Below are positions 1-7,349 of a DNA stretch of 20,000 bases, in pieces. The stretch lies in IMG/VR virus record IMGVR_UViG_3300028597_000015. One strand, 5' to 3'. Below the pieces are notes generated by a model. The model searched no databases and was not told the DNA's origin. It was given only the letters and a program-made list of their open reading frames with translations. Numbering within the stretch: position 1 is the stretch's first letter; each line of letters starts with the position of its first letter. Both the position numbers and the translations under genes were made by a program. This DNA comes from an uncultured virus (IMG/VR IMGVR_UViG_3300028597_000015) (lineage: Duplodnaviria; Heunggongvirae; Uroviricota; Caudoviricetes).

Positions 1-1
1 C

Positions 2-139
2 GACGTTCGGCGACACGGTCACCTTGATGTTGCTGTTCTCCGGCCGGAACATCCGGACGCCGGTGCCGATGGGCGAGTCACAGACCGGGCACCGGACCTG
101 GACCACCAGGTCGGCGATCTTCAGCAGGTCGATGGTCAT
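2..139 (-). CDS. Hypothetical protein, N-terminal part only (runs off the window); CxxC motif
   Basis: Hand translation from ATG 139: MTIDLLKIADLVVQVRCPVCDSPIGTGVRMFRPENSNIKVTVSPNV; ATG overlaps the stop of the upstream gene (ATGA); high-GC3 codons. Confidence 0.7.
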   Translation of the reverse strand, partial: MTIDLLKIADLVVQVRCPVCDSPIGTGVRMFRPENSNIKVTVSPNV

Positions 140-351
140 GCCGGTCGGGACAACAGGGCCGCGATGGTGACCACCTGCTCGGCCGTCATCGGCGGTGCGG
201 CATCGACCACCGATGCCGCGTCGTCGGAGATCCCGCGCAACTCGATGTCCTCCGGTGATCCGGGTTCAACTCCCGGCGGGGTTTCCCCCCGGATCAACGC
301 CAGGATGAACTGGGGATCGCGGGATCGTTCTTCGGTGATGTAGCCGGACAT
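136..351 (-). CDS. Small hypothetical phage protein (71 aa)
   Basis: 3' part of ORF 136..642; ATG at 351 with GGAGG 7 nt upstream; C-terminal AAPPMTAEQVVTIAALL resembles a motif of small actinobacterial phage/mobile-element proteins. Confidence 0.7.
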   Translation of the reverse strand: MSGYITEERSRDPQFILALIRGETPPGVEPGSPEDIELRGISDDAASVVDAAPPMTAEQVVTIAALLSRPA

Positions 352-519
352 GGCGGGGCCTCCGAGGGGCACGTCGGATGGGCCGCGCCGCCCGCTGGCT
401 TCCCCCGCCCGATGCGGGTTTGCGGTGCTGCGGTGTGTGGCTTTCGCGCAGAGGCCAAAGGACCCTAGCCGGGGGTCGGGAGTCGGGCTCGCTCCCGTCG
501 CTGGGTGGGAACGGTAGTC

Positions 520-640
520 ACGAAACCGGGCACGGTGCAAGGGCGATGTAAGATACGAATCCGTTCTCGTTGTGCCGCAGTATCTTTCAATCAATTTTCG
601 CCGAGTGCTGGACAGCACCGGTGTCCATGGGGGTAACGTC
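520..640. promoter_or_regulatory. AT-rich divergent intergenic region, probable promoters for leftward and rightward transcription
   Basis: Local AT-rich patch (GATGTAAGATACGAAT...GTATCTTTCAATCAATTTT) between divergently oriented genes. Confidence 0.4.
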
Positions 641-898
641 ACCGTCGACTTCGAGAGCGAGCCCGACTCTGGTCCCGGTCAGACCCTCACGGCCTCTGAG
701 CGAAAGCCGTAGTACGTCACCAGTACCCCAAACGCGCATTCGGGCAGCGGAAGCCAGGGGACGGCGGTGGCAACCACATCCACCCGCGTAGGCGGGGCGG
801 GCGTGCCGGTGCAGTTGTTCTGTACCGATCGCCCGTCCGGCAGGTCGACCCTGCGCGCGGTGGATGACCACCTGGTTGCTACCCCCATGGAGCCCCGC

Positions 899-1195
899 AT
901 GAGCGACCCTTCCCCACCCCTCCGCCGGCACTGGGAGGACCACCCCGACGCCGCCGCCGAGGCCGCCCGCCGTAGCTGGGCGAACACCCCCGACCGCACG
1001 GCGCGCACGGCGCCGGCCCGGGCCGCCCAACTGGCCCGCTACCTCGATCAGGTCGACCCCGACCGGGTGTTGCCCGAGGACGAACGCGCCCGCCAGGTCG
1101 AACTGGCCCGTCGGGCGTGGTACGCGGCGATCGGTCGGCTCGGTGCCCGGGCCAATCGCGAGCGTCGGAACGGCAAGGCCGACCGTGCAGCCTGA
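899..1195 (+). CDS. Conserved actinobacterial phage/mobile-element hypothetical protein (98 aa)
   Basis: ATG 899 with GGAG upstream; SWANTPDRTARTAPARAA...DPD...ARRAWY is a motif I recall from actinobacterial prophage/integrative-element proteins of unknown function. Confidence 0.75.
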   Translation: MSDPSPPLRRHWEDHPDAAAEAARRSWANTPDRTARTAPARAAQLARYLDQVDPDRVLPEDERARQVELARRAWYAAIGRLGARANRERRNGKADRAA

Positions 1196-1626
1196 CGAAC
1201 CGGTGCGGCATCCGGGTGTACCCCGACCGCCACGTCGCCCGCAGCCACCGGATTCTCCGGTTCCCGTTCCGGTCGGCCGAGAATCCCTGTGGCATCCGGG
1301 GTATTGCGTAGGCATTAGCTCTCTCGGCCCAGCACAGCGGTGCGCCGACAGTGGTCACGCGGGGCTAAGCATCTGCCCCCGTTCGACCCCGTATGGCCAG
1401 GTCAGAGCACGTTTGGCGCTCTCTTTGCCGACCCGTGACCCCGCGACACGACGTCAATCGGGTGATCTTCCCCCGTTCGGTCAATCGTTACCTGGTCGCC
1501 TCGATAAGGTCATCCCGGAGTTCGGTGGCGCGGGGGCGACCGGTGAACACGACGGGTCGAGCAGACGGCCCAGAGCGGATGAACGATGGCGTTCAGCGTG
1601 GTTCCGACGACCCCGGCGGGTGCGCG

Positions 1627-1890
1627 GTGACCCTTCATTGGCACGACTTCGCACCCGCTGACGCGGTCGGTCTGGACCTGTCGGTCCGACTCGACATCAC
1701 CGCCCCGGTCAATGAATCCGGCGAACGCTGTCCCTGGCCATGGGACCCCCAACAACGCGTCGGGGCACCGATCGGCATGTACCACTGCCCGTATTGCGGG
1801 GCCATGGTCATCGCCGGCCTACCGCACGTCGACTATTCCGCCGGGCCGGACCAACCGCCCGCGTCGGACGTGGGGACGTTCGCCGACTAA
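1627..1890 (+). CDS. Hypothetical Cys/His-rich (putative Zn-binding) phage protein
   Basis: 3' half of ORF 1393..1890: GERCPWPWDPQQ..GAPIGMYHCPYCGAMVIAGLPHVDY; start uncertain (GTG 1627 or ATG 1579). Confidence 0.65.
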   Translation: MTLHWHDFAPADAVGLDLSVRLDITAPVNESGERCPWPWDPQQRVGAPIGMYHCPYCGAMVIAGLPHVDYSAGPDQPPASDVGTFAD

Positions 1891-1944
1891 CCCCCTTAGC
1901 ACTGCTGACTTTTCAATCTGATGGAGCCAATTGTGGCTACCCCC

Positions 1945-2322
1945 ATGCCTTTTCCCGAGTCGCCGCCCCGCGACTCGCCCCGTCCCGACGACCCGGCCGA
2001 CCAGGAGGCCCTTGACCGAGCGATCAATGACTGGTGGGACCACACCCTCACCATCGAGAAGGCCACCGAGGCAAGGGATGCGGCAGCGGCTGTCATTCTG
2101 GCGCTACTGCCTCCGGGCACGGTGCGCGGCTCTGTGTCGGTCGCGCGCGGCCGGCGTCGGTTCTCGCCGGAGCTGGCGGCGCGTGCACTGAGCGCGGCGC
2201 AGTTCGCGTCCATCTGCGAGTACGCGCCGTCCGTCCGGCTGGCCCGGGAGAAGCTGGACGGTGAGTTCCTGGACTCGCTGTACATCGACTCCGGCACGCC
2301 GTTCGTGCGGCGGGCGACATGA
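1945..2322 (+). CDS. Hypothetical phage protein
   Basis: ORF 1921..2322 with good codon bias; start uncertain (1921/1933/1945); stop overlaps the next ATG (ATGA). Confidence 0.7.
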   Translation: MPFPESPPRDSPRPDDPADQEALDRAINDWWDHTLTIEKATEARDAAAAVILALLPPGTVRGSVSVARGRRRFSPELAARALSAAQFASICEYAPSVRLAREKLDGEFLDSLYIDSGTPFVRRAT

Positions 2323-2669
2323 CCACCGTGCACCCCGGTTTCGGCCCGCCCAAGCCGTACACGGTGGCCGTGTACAGCCCCGACGGCAAGGTGCCGAAGG
2401 TGCTGCGGGACTGCCTGGGCCAGGACGTCGAGCTGATCCCGGTGGACCCGCCGAACTGGGACCACACCGACGTCTACGTCAGCACCGCCGGGCTGTCCTG
2501 GCAGGCCGAGAAGTCGGCCGGGGCCGAGGGCGCCACCGTCATCGTGCTGCCCGAGGCCACCCGTTGGCTGCGTGACCGCATCCAGGCGTCGCCCCACCCG
2601 CTGCGGCTGTTCGTCGCCGCCCGTGTCGGGGACCGCCCCTCCCCGTACCTGACTAGGAGATCCGCATGA
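2319..2669 (+). CDS. Hypothetical phage protein (116 aa)
   Basis: ATGA coupling at both ends; high GC3. Confidence 0.75.
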   Translation: MTTVHPGFGPPKPYTVAVYSPDGKVPKVLRDCLGQDVELIPVDPPNWDHTDVYVSTAGLSWQAEKSAGAEGATVIVLPEATRWLRDRIQASPHPLRLFVAARVGDRPSPYLTRRSA

Positions 2670-3514
2670 CCGACCTGGTGGCCGATGTGTACGAGATACA
2701 CGCGATCCCGCGACCGGTCGTGGCGACCTGCCTGGTCGACCTGACCCCGGAACTGGCCTTGCAGTACCTGGAGCACAACACCCACAACCGCCCGCTGCGG
2801 TGGCGCAAGGTGGAGGAATACGCGGCCGAGATGACCGCCGGCCGTTGGCAGCTCAACGGCGACGCGATCCGGTTCGACTGGAACGGCGTGATGCTGGACG
2901 GCCAGACCCGGTGTCACGCGGTGATCGCGTCCGGGGTCACCGTCCGGCTGATCGTGATCCGGGGGCTGGACCCGGCCTCGCAGATCACCATGGACGTCGG
3001 CAAACGCCGGGCGCCGCACGAGCAACTGGCGGTCGCCGACATCGCGGCCGACGTGCTGATCGCCGCCGCGATCCGGGTGCTGATCAACATCAACGAGAAC
3101 CGGCTGTGGGAGAACCAGGACGTCTCCACCGGTGAGATCGTCGCCTGGGCGCAGGCGAACCGCGAACGGGTGGAACGCATGCAGGAGCTGTACTCGTGGT
3201 CCCTGCGGCGAATCAGGGTGCGCCCCGCCCTGTCCACCGCGATGGCGGTGCGGCTGTCCGAGATCGATGCGGACGCGGCCGAGGAGTTCTTCGGCAGCCT
3301 GGCCAGCGGCGTCAACCTGGACGACATATCCCCGATCTACGCCCTGCGCGAGCGGTTCGCGCGGCTGCGGGAGGCCGGGATGCGACTGCACGACCGCGAG
3401 TACATCGGCCTGTACACGCTCGCCTGGAACGCCTGGCGCGCCGGCCGCTCCCTGACCAAAGTCCAGCGCCCCAAGGGTGGCTGGACACCCGAGAACTTCC
3501 CGGAGCCGACATGA
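2666..3514 (+). CDS. ParB/Srx-like (DGQHR-type) domain protein
   Basis: AGGAG RBS; LTPELA..LEHNTHNRPL...YAAEM..GRW.LNGDAI.FD..G..LDGQTRCHAV..SG matches the ParB-like N-terminal domain common in actinophages. Confidence 0.8.
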   Translation: MTDLVADVYEIHAIPRPVVATCLVDLTPELALQYLEHNTHNRPLRWRKVEEYAAEMTAGRWQLNGDAIRFDWNGVMLDGQTRCHAVIASGVTVRLIVIRGLDPASQITMDVGKRRAPHEQLAVADIAADVLIAAAIRVLININENRLWENQDVSTGEIVAWAQANRERVERMQELYSWSLRRIRVRPALSTAMAVRLSEIDADAAEEFFGSLASGVNLDDISPIYALRERFARLREAGMRLHDREYIGLYTLAWNAWRAGRSLTKVQRPKGGWTPENFPEPT

Positions 3515-3816
3515 CCATGATCGATCAGACCGGACCCATCGACGGAGTGCTGGACCAGATGCGCGCCGAATCGGCGACGGTGGTGGACGCCGCCCCCTCG
3601 CACGACCCGGTGAACCACCCGGCGCACTACACCGGCCACCCGTCCGGCATCGAGTGCATCCAGGTCACCGAGTGGATGGACTTCCTGCTCGGCAACGCCA
3701 CCAAGTACATCTGGCGCAGCGTCCACCGACCCGACATCACCGACCAGATCATCGACCTGGAGAAGGCCCGGTGGTACCTGGAGCGCAAGATCAATCAGCT
3801 CCAGGCGACGCCGTGA
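3511..3816 (+). CDS. DUF3310 family protein (T7 gp1.7-like nucleotide kinase family)
   Basis: DPVNHPAHY...GIECI...F.LGNA.KYIWR...DLEKARWYL is the DUF3310 signature; ATGA overlap with the upstream gene. Confidence 0.9.
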   Translation: MTMIDQTGPIDGVLDQMRAESATVVDAAPSHDPVNHPAHYTGHPSGIECIQVTEWMDFLLGNATKYIWRSVHRPDITDQIIDLEKARWYLERKINQLQATP

Positions 3817-4067
3817 CCCGGACGGTCGTCGATGACGACCCGGTCTGCGAGTTCAGCGACCTGCCCAGGTCGATGTGCGCGCACTGCAAGGGGATCGCCG
3901 CCGGCACCCCCCGGCACGACGCGGTGCTGGTGAAGGCGTGGTTCACGGCCCGGTTCCCGGGGCGGTGCGCCAACTGCAACGCGATGTACAACCAGGACGA
4001 GATCATCGGCGTGACCGACGATCCCGACCTGCCCGGCAAGTACGTGTGCCGGGAGTGTGCGTTGTGA
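3813..4067 (+). CDS. Small Cys-rich Zn-finger protein
   Basis: GTGA overlap; CEFSDL...CAHC, ARFPGRCANC, VCREC. Confidence 0.75.
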   Translation: MTRTVVDDDPVCEFSDLPRSMCAHCKGIAAGTPRHDAVLVKAWFTARFPGRCANCNAMYNQDEIIGVTDDPDLPGKYVCRECAL

Positions 4068-4822
4068 CGGCGGTGGTCCCGGAGATCTACCGGCCGAAGC
4101 TGATCAGCCAGGATCTGCTGTACGTGATCGGCGACGCGTCGCGGAACGCACCGCGCTCGGCGCAGCGGCTGATCGGCCCGTCGGAGATGGACATGGCCTG
4201 CGCCTGGCGGATGCTGCATGCGCTGGCCCAGGACAAGCCGGACCCGACCACCCAGCCGGTGCCCTGGCAGGCCACCATCGGCACCGCCGTGCACGCCTGG
4301 CTGGCCGACGCGTTCGAACGCTCATCGCTGAACGCAGCGGTCGCCCAGCCCCGGTTCCTGATCGAGCAGCGGGTGACCGTCGGGTCGATCGGCGGGGTCC
4401 AGATCTCCGGGTCCTGCGACCTGTTCGACATCGACGCGGCGATGGTCATCGACTGGAAGATCGTCGGGTCGACGCGGCTGGCGCTGTACCGGCGCAAGGG
4501 TCCGGGGCGCCAGTACCGGTCCCAGATCCACCTGTACGCGCGGGGTCTGGTCAACGCCGGGCATCACGTCCGGTACGTGATGATCGCGTTCCTGCCCCGC
4601 AACGAGCCACTGAGCAAGGCGTGGTTCTGGTCCGAGCCGTACGACGAAAGTGTTGCCCTCGCCGCTCTCTCGCGGGCCGAGGGGTTCTACAACCTGATTC
4701 AGCAGGTCGGCCTGCCGGCCGCCCTGTCCATGTACCCGCCGTGTGCGGACACCTGGTGCCCCTGGTGTCCGGCCAAGCCGTCATCGGTCGCCGACCTGAT
4801 GGCCGAGAGGAAATCGAAATGA
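4064..4822 (+). CDS. Cas4/RecB-family PD-(D/E)XK exonuclease (phage recombination)
   Basis: GTG 4064 (GTGA overlap); IGPSE...C, IGTAVH, GSCDLFD, VIDWK, QIHLY motifs and C-terminal C...CPWC cysteines. Confidence 0.85.
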   Translation: MTAVVPEIYRPKLISQDLLYVIGDASRNAPRSAQRLIGPSEMDMACAWRMLHALAQDKPDPTTQPVPWQATIGTAVHAWLADAFERSSLNAAVAQPRFLIEQRVTVGSIGGVQISGSCDLFDIDAAMVIDWKIVGSTRLALYRRKGPGRQYRSQIHLYARGLVNAGHHVRYVMIAFLPRNEPLSKAWFWSEPYDESVALAALSRAEGFYNLIQQVGLPAALSMYPPCADTWCPWCPAKPSSVADLMAERKSK

Positions 4823-5667
4823 CCCAGCCCCACGCCGCTCCCGCCGCGCCCCCGGCCCCCCGGCCCACCCTGAAGCAACTGATCGCCGAGAGCGGGGCCG
4901 GCGGGAAGTACTTCCCGTTCGCCCGGATCGGCGACTCCATCGAGGGCAAGGTGCTGGACGTCAAGATCATCCAGGCCCGGGACTTCCGGACCAAGGAACT
5001 CCAGACCTGGGCGTCCGGCGACCCGATGTACAACGTGGTGGCGACGGTGCAGGGCCTGCCCGACCCGACCGACCCGGAGCACGACGGCGCCTGGTCGGCA
5101 TACATCAAGTGGTGGGGCACCCAGCGGATGGCGTTGCAGCAGGCGCTGTCCCAGGCCGGGGTGGACGACATTGTGGTCGGCGGCTGGCTGAAGGCCACCT
5201 ACGTGGCCGACGGCCCGGCGCAGGCGGGGATGAACCCGCCGAAGCTGATCGAGTTCGTCTACCGGCCCCCGGCGCAGGCGGCGGGGCTGGCCGGGCTGCC
5301 GAGCGGACCGGCGGCGCCGGTCGCGCCGCCGACCTACGCCGCCCCGCCGGTGACCCCGCCGTACCCGCAGGGCTACAACGGGATTCCGGTGCAGGGTCAG
5401 CCCGGGCTGTTCCCGCCCGGCCAGTCGGGCACCTACGGCGCGGCGGTGGTGCCGCAGGCTCCGGCTCCGACCCCGCCCGCGCCGCCCGCGCCGCCCGCTG
5501 CGGCGGCCCCGGCCGCTCCGGCGCCGACCTCGGCCGACCTGACCGCGCAGTTCGCGATGATCCGGCAGGGCCTGGCCTCGGGCATGACCCCGGCCCAGAT
5601 CACGCTGATGATCCCCGGTGTCGACATGGCCACCGTGCAGGCCATCGCAGCGGCTCCGGTGCAGTGA
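4819..5667 (+). CDS. Probable single-stranded DNA-binding protein (actinophage type) with Pro/Ala-rich tail
   Basis: ATG 4819 (ATGA overlap, GAGAGG RBS); F..IGD.I.G.V..QARDF.T....W..G.P...VGG.L...Y..DG....NPPK resembles an actinophage SSB family; sits next to the exonuclease. Confidence 0.65.
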   Translation: MTQPHAAPAAPPAPRPTLKQLIAESGAGGKYFPFARIGDSIEGKVLDVKIIQARDFRTKELQTWASGDPMYNVVATVQGLPDPTDPEHDGAWSAYIKWWGTQRMALQQALSQAGVDDIVVGGWLKATYVADGPAQAGMNPPKLIEFVYRPPAQAAGLAGLPSGPAAPVAPPTYAAPPVTPPYPQGYNGIPVQGQPGLFPPGQSGTYGAAVVPQAPAPTPPAPPAPPAAAAPAAPAPTSADLTAQFAMIRQGLASGMTPAQITLMIPGVDMATVQAIAAAPVQ

Positions 5668-5756
5668 TGGGGACCCGGGTGGCGGTGCGCCCGACGCACC
5701 GCCACGGCGGGTGGGACTGCCGTCTGCGCACCGCCTACCGCCGGTGGTGGTCCTGA
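5667..5756 (+). CDS. Putative 29-aa minigene
   Basis: MGTRVAVRPTHRHGGWDCRLRTAYRRWWS; TGATG overlaps at both ends fill the gap exactly. Confidence 0.5.
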   Translation: MGTRVAVRPTHRHGGWDCRLRTAYRRWWS

Positions 5757-5947
5757 TGGACCCGTTCATCAACGCCGAGACGGCGCCCGCGTTCGGCGCC
5801 ATCGAATCGATCATGTCCGGGGCCTGGGACCGGTACCTCATCCGGATCGACACCGCCGTCCGGGAGCGGATGCGGACCACCGCCTGGACCCAGCACGTCG
5901 TCTCCGGTTCCGGGGCCGGGCCGGACGCGGGGCGGACCCGGGCATGA
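5756..5947 (+). CDS. Hypothetical protein (63 aa)
   Basis: MDPFINAETAPAFGAIESIMSGAWDRYL...; stop overlaps the next ATG. Confidence 0.65.
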   Translation: MDPFINAETAPAFGAIESIMSGAWDRYLIRIDTAVRERMRTTAWTQHVVSGSGAGPDAGRTRA

Positions 5948-6273
5948 GGACCGATCGAAGTCTGTTCTCGGCCCTGGCGCTGATCGCGGTCGGGCTGATC
6001 GGCATCGCCATCGTGCTGTTGCTGTCGTCCTGCGGGGCCTCGGCCGTCAAGGACCGGCCGGACTCGGCCGGCGGGAAGAACCCGGACGTGACCGCCGCCG
6101 CGACCAAGGTGACGGTCTACCTGAACGCGGACTCGGTGCCCAACGTGGCGCTGTTCTGCATCGGTGACATGCGGTTCGCGTCCACCCTGTCCGGCGGGGA
6201 CTCGGGCAAGGACAAGTCCTCCGCCCTGCTCCGGCTGCCCGAGCAGGACGCGGTCTGCGGGGCGGCGCGATGA
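5944..6273 (+). CDS. Putative lipoprotein
   Basis: Hydrophobic N-terminal segment followed by lipobox LSSC; two further Cys. Confidence 0.75.
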   Translation: MRTDRSLFSALALIAVGLIGIAIVLLLSSCGASAVKDRPDSAGGKNPDVTAAATKVTVYLNADSVPNVALFCIGDMRFASTLSGGDSGKDKSSALLRLPEQDAVCGAAR

Positions 6274-6521
6274 CCGCCGACGTCGACACCACCCTGGCCC
6301 ACGAGTTCATGGTCACCCGGCGCACGGTGGACGATCCCACCGCGTTCGACGCGGTGTTGCACGATGAGGTCCGGCTCTGGCACCGCAACGTGCGCCGACG
6401 GCTGTCCCTGGAGCCGGTGGAGCCGGCGACGGTGACCCTGTCCGCCGTCGACACGCCGACCTGGGACGGCCGGACGATCCTGGTCCGGGTGGCCATGTCG
6501 TTCCGGCCGGTGGCGACATGA
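6270..6521 (+). CDS. Hypothetical protein (83 aa)
   Basis: ATGA coupling at both ends. Confidence 0.7.
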   Translation: MTADVDTTLAHEFMVTRRTVDDPTAFDAVLHDEVRLWHRNVRRRLSLEPVEPATVTLSAVDTPTWDGRTILVRVAMSFRPVAT

Positions 6522-6832
6522 CCGCCGACCCGCTGTTCCCGACCTCGGACGACCTGCCGAACTACGTGGTGGACATGTGGCCGTGCCTGCGGTGCGGGGG
6601 ACTGGCCTGGGACCGGGAGCGGCACCGGGCCTGGCATGCGTCGGTGGACACCGCCGAGACGGCCGACCTGTCCCGACCGGTGCAATACCGGGCCAAGCTG
6701 GCGTTCCTCCAGAAGCCCAACCCGGCCAACCTGCAACGGTTCTCGCCGGGGTCGGCGATCCACATCAGCCGGAACAAGGACGGGTCGCTGGCCGAGGAGA
6801 TCCTGCCACCGGGTTCGGAGATCCCGCCATGA
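6518..6832 (+). CDS. Hypothetical protein with CxxC...HxxWH motif
   Basis: ATGA coupling; CLRCGG....RERHRAWH suggests metal binding. Confidence 0.7.
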   Translation: MTADPLFPTSDDLPNYVVDMWPCLRCGGLAWDRERHRAWHASVDTAETADLSRPVQYRAKLAFLQKPNPANLQRFSPGSAIHISRNKDGSLAEEILPPGSEIPP

Positions 6833-7062
6833 GCCCGACACCGGAGCGGGTCAACGCGGTGCTGCGGATGTTCGCCCCCCTGGTGATCGGCACCGCCCTG
6901 TTGCTGTGGGGCGCCGTGCAGTCGAACGGGGCGGTGATCGCGATCGGCGCCGGCCTGCTCGGCGCGCCCGGGTTGACCGGCACGTTGGCCGCCCACCAGA
7001 CCACCGAGACGCCGAAGGGAGCCGAGAGCCATGGCGGTTCAACCGGTTCACCCAGGACGTAG
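6829..7062 (+). CDS. Small membrane protein, about 2 TM (holin-like)
   Basis: ATG 6829 (ATGA overlap, GGAG RBS); hydrophobic segments MFAPLVIGTALLLWGAV and GAVIAIGAGLLGAPGL. Confidence 0.7.
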   Translation: MSPTPERVNAVLRMFAPLVIGTALLLWGAVQSNGAVIAIGAGLLGAPGLTGTLAAHQTTETPKGAESHGGSTGSPRT

Positions 7063-7336
7063 GACGGCGGCCGTGCTGCTCAGCCTGAGCTACCTGATCC
7101 TGGTGCTGATCGTCGGGTTCGGCGCGTACTGGGTGCAGTACCAGTTCGACAAGGCCGAGCATCAGCGGTGCGAACTGCTGGTCGTCCAGGTCCGGCTGGC
7201 CGAGGTCCAGGTGATCCTGCTGCGGGAGGGCACCCCGCCCCCGGCCCCCGCCGTCCGGGCGCAGATCGAGGACCAGATCACCGCCATGAAGGACCGTTTC
7301 GCGCAGTCCTGCCCCGACACCGCACTACCGCAGTAG
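7031..7336 (+). CDS. Single-TM membrane protein with two Cys in the C-terminal domain
   Basis: AVLLSLSYLILVLIVGFGAYW TM segment; overlaps the upstream gene by 32 nt. Confidence 0.75.
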   Translation: MAVQPVHPGRRTAAVLLSLSYLILVLIVGFGAYWVQYQFDKAEHQRCELLVVQVRLAEVQVILLREGTPPPAPAVRAQIEDQITAMKDRFAQSCPDTALPQ

Positions 7337-7349
7337 GAAAGGGGCGAAC

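Noticed and set aside
1340..1400. GTTCGA as a tRNA T-loop
   Set aside because: No T-stem pairing or cloverleaf could be built
4057..4818. Long N-terminal extensions given by the ORF track (4057, 3196, 3477, 3875, 12304, 19390 starts)
   Set aside because: They overlap real upstream genes or repeats in another frame; internal starts with RBS or ATGA coupling fit better
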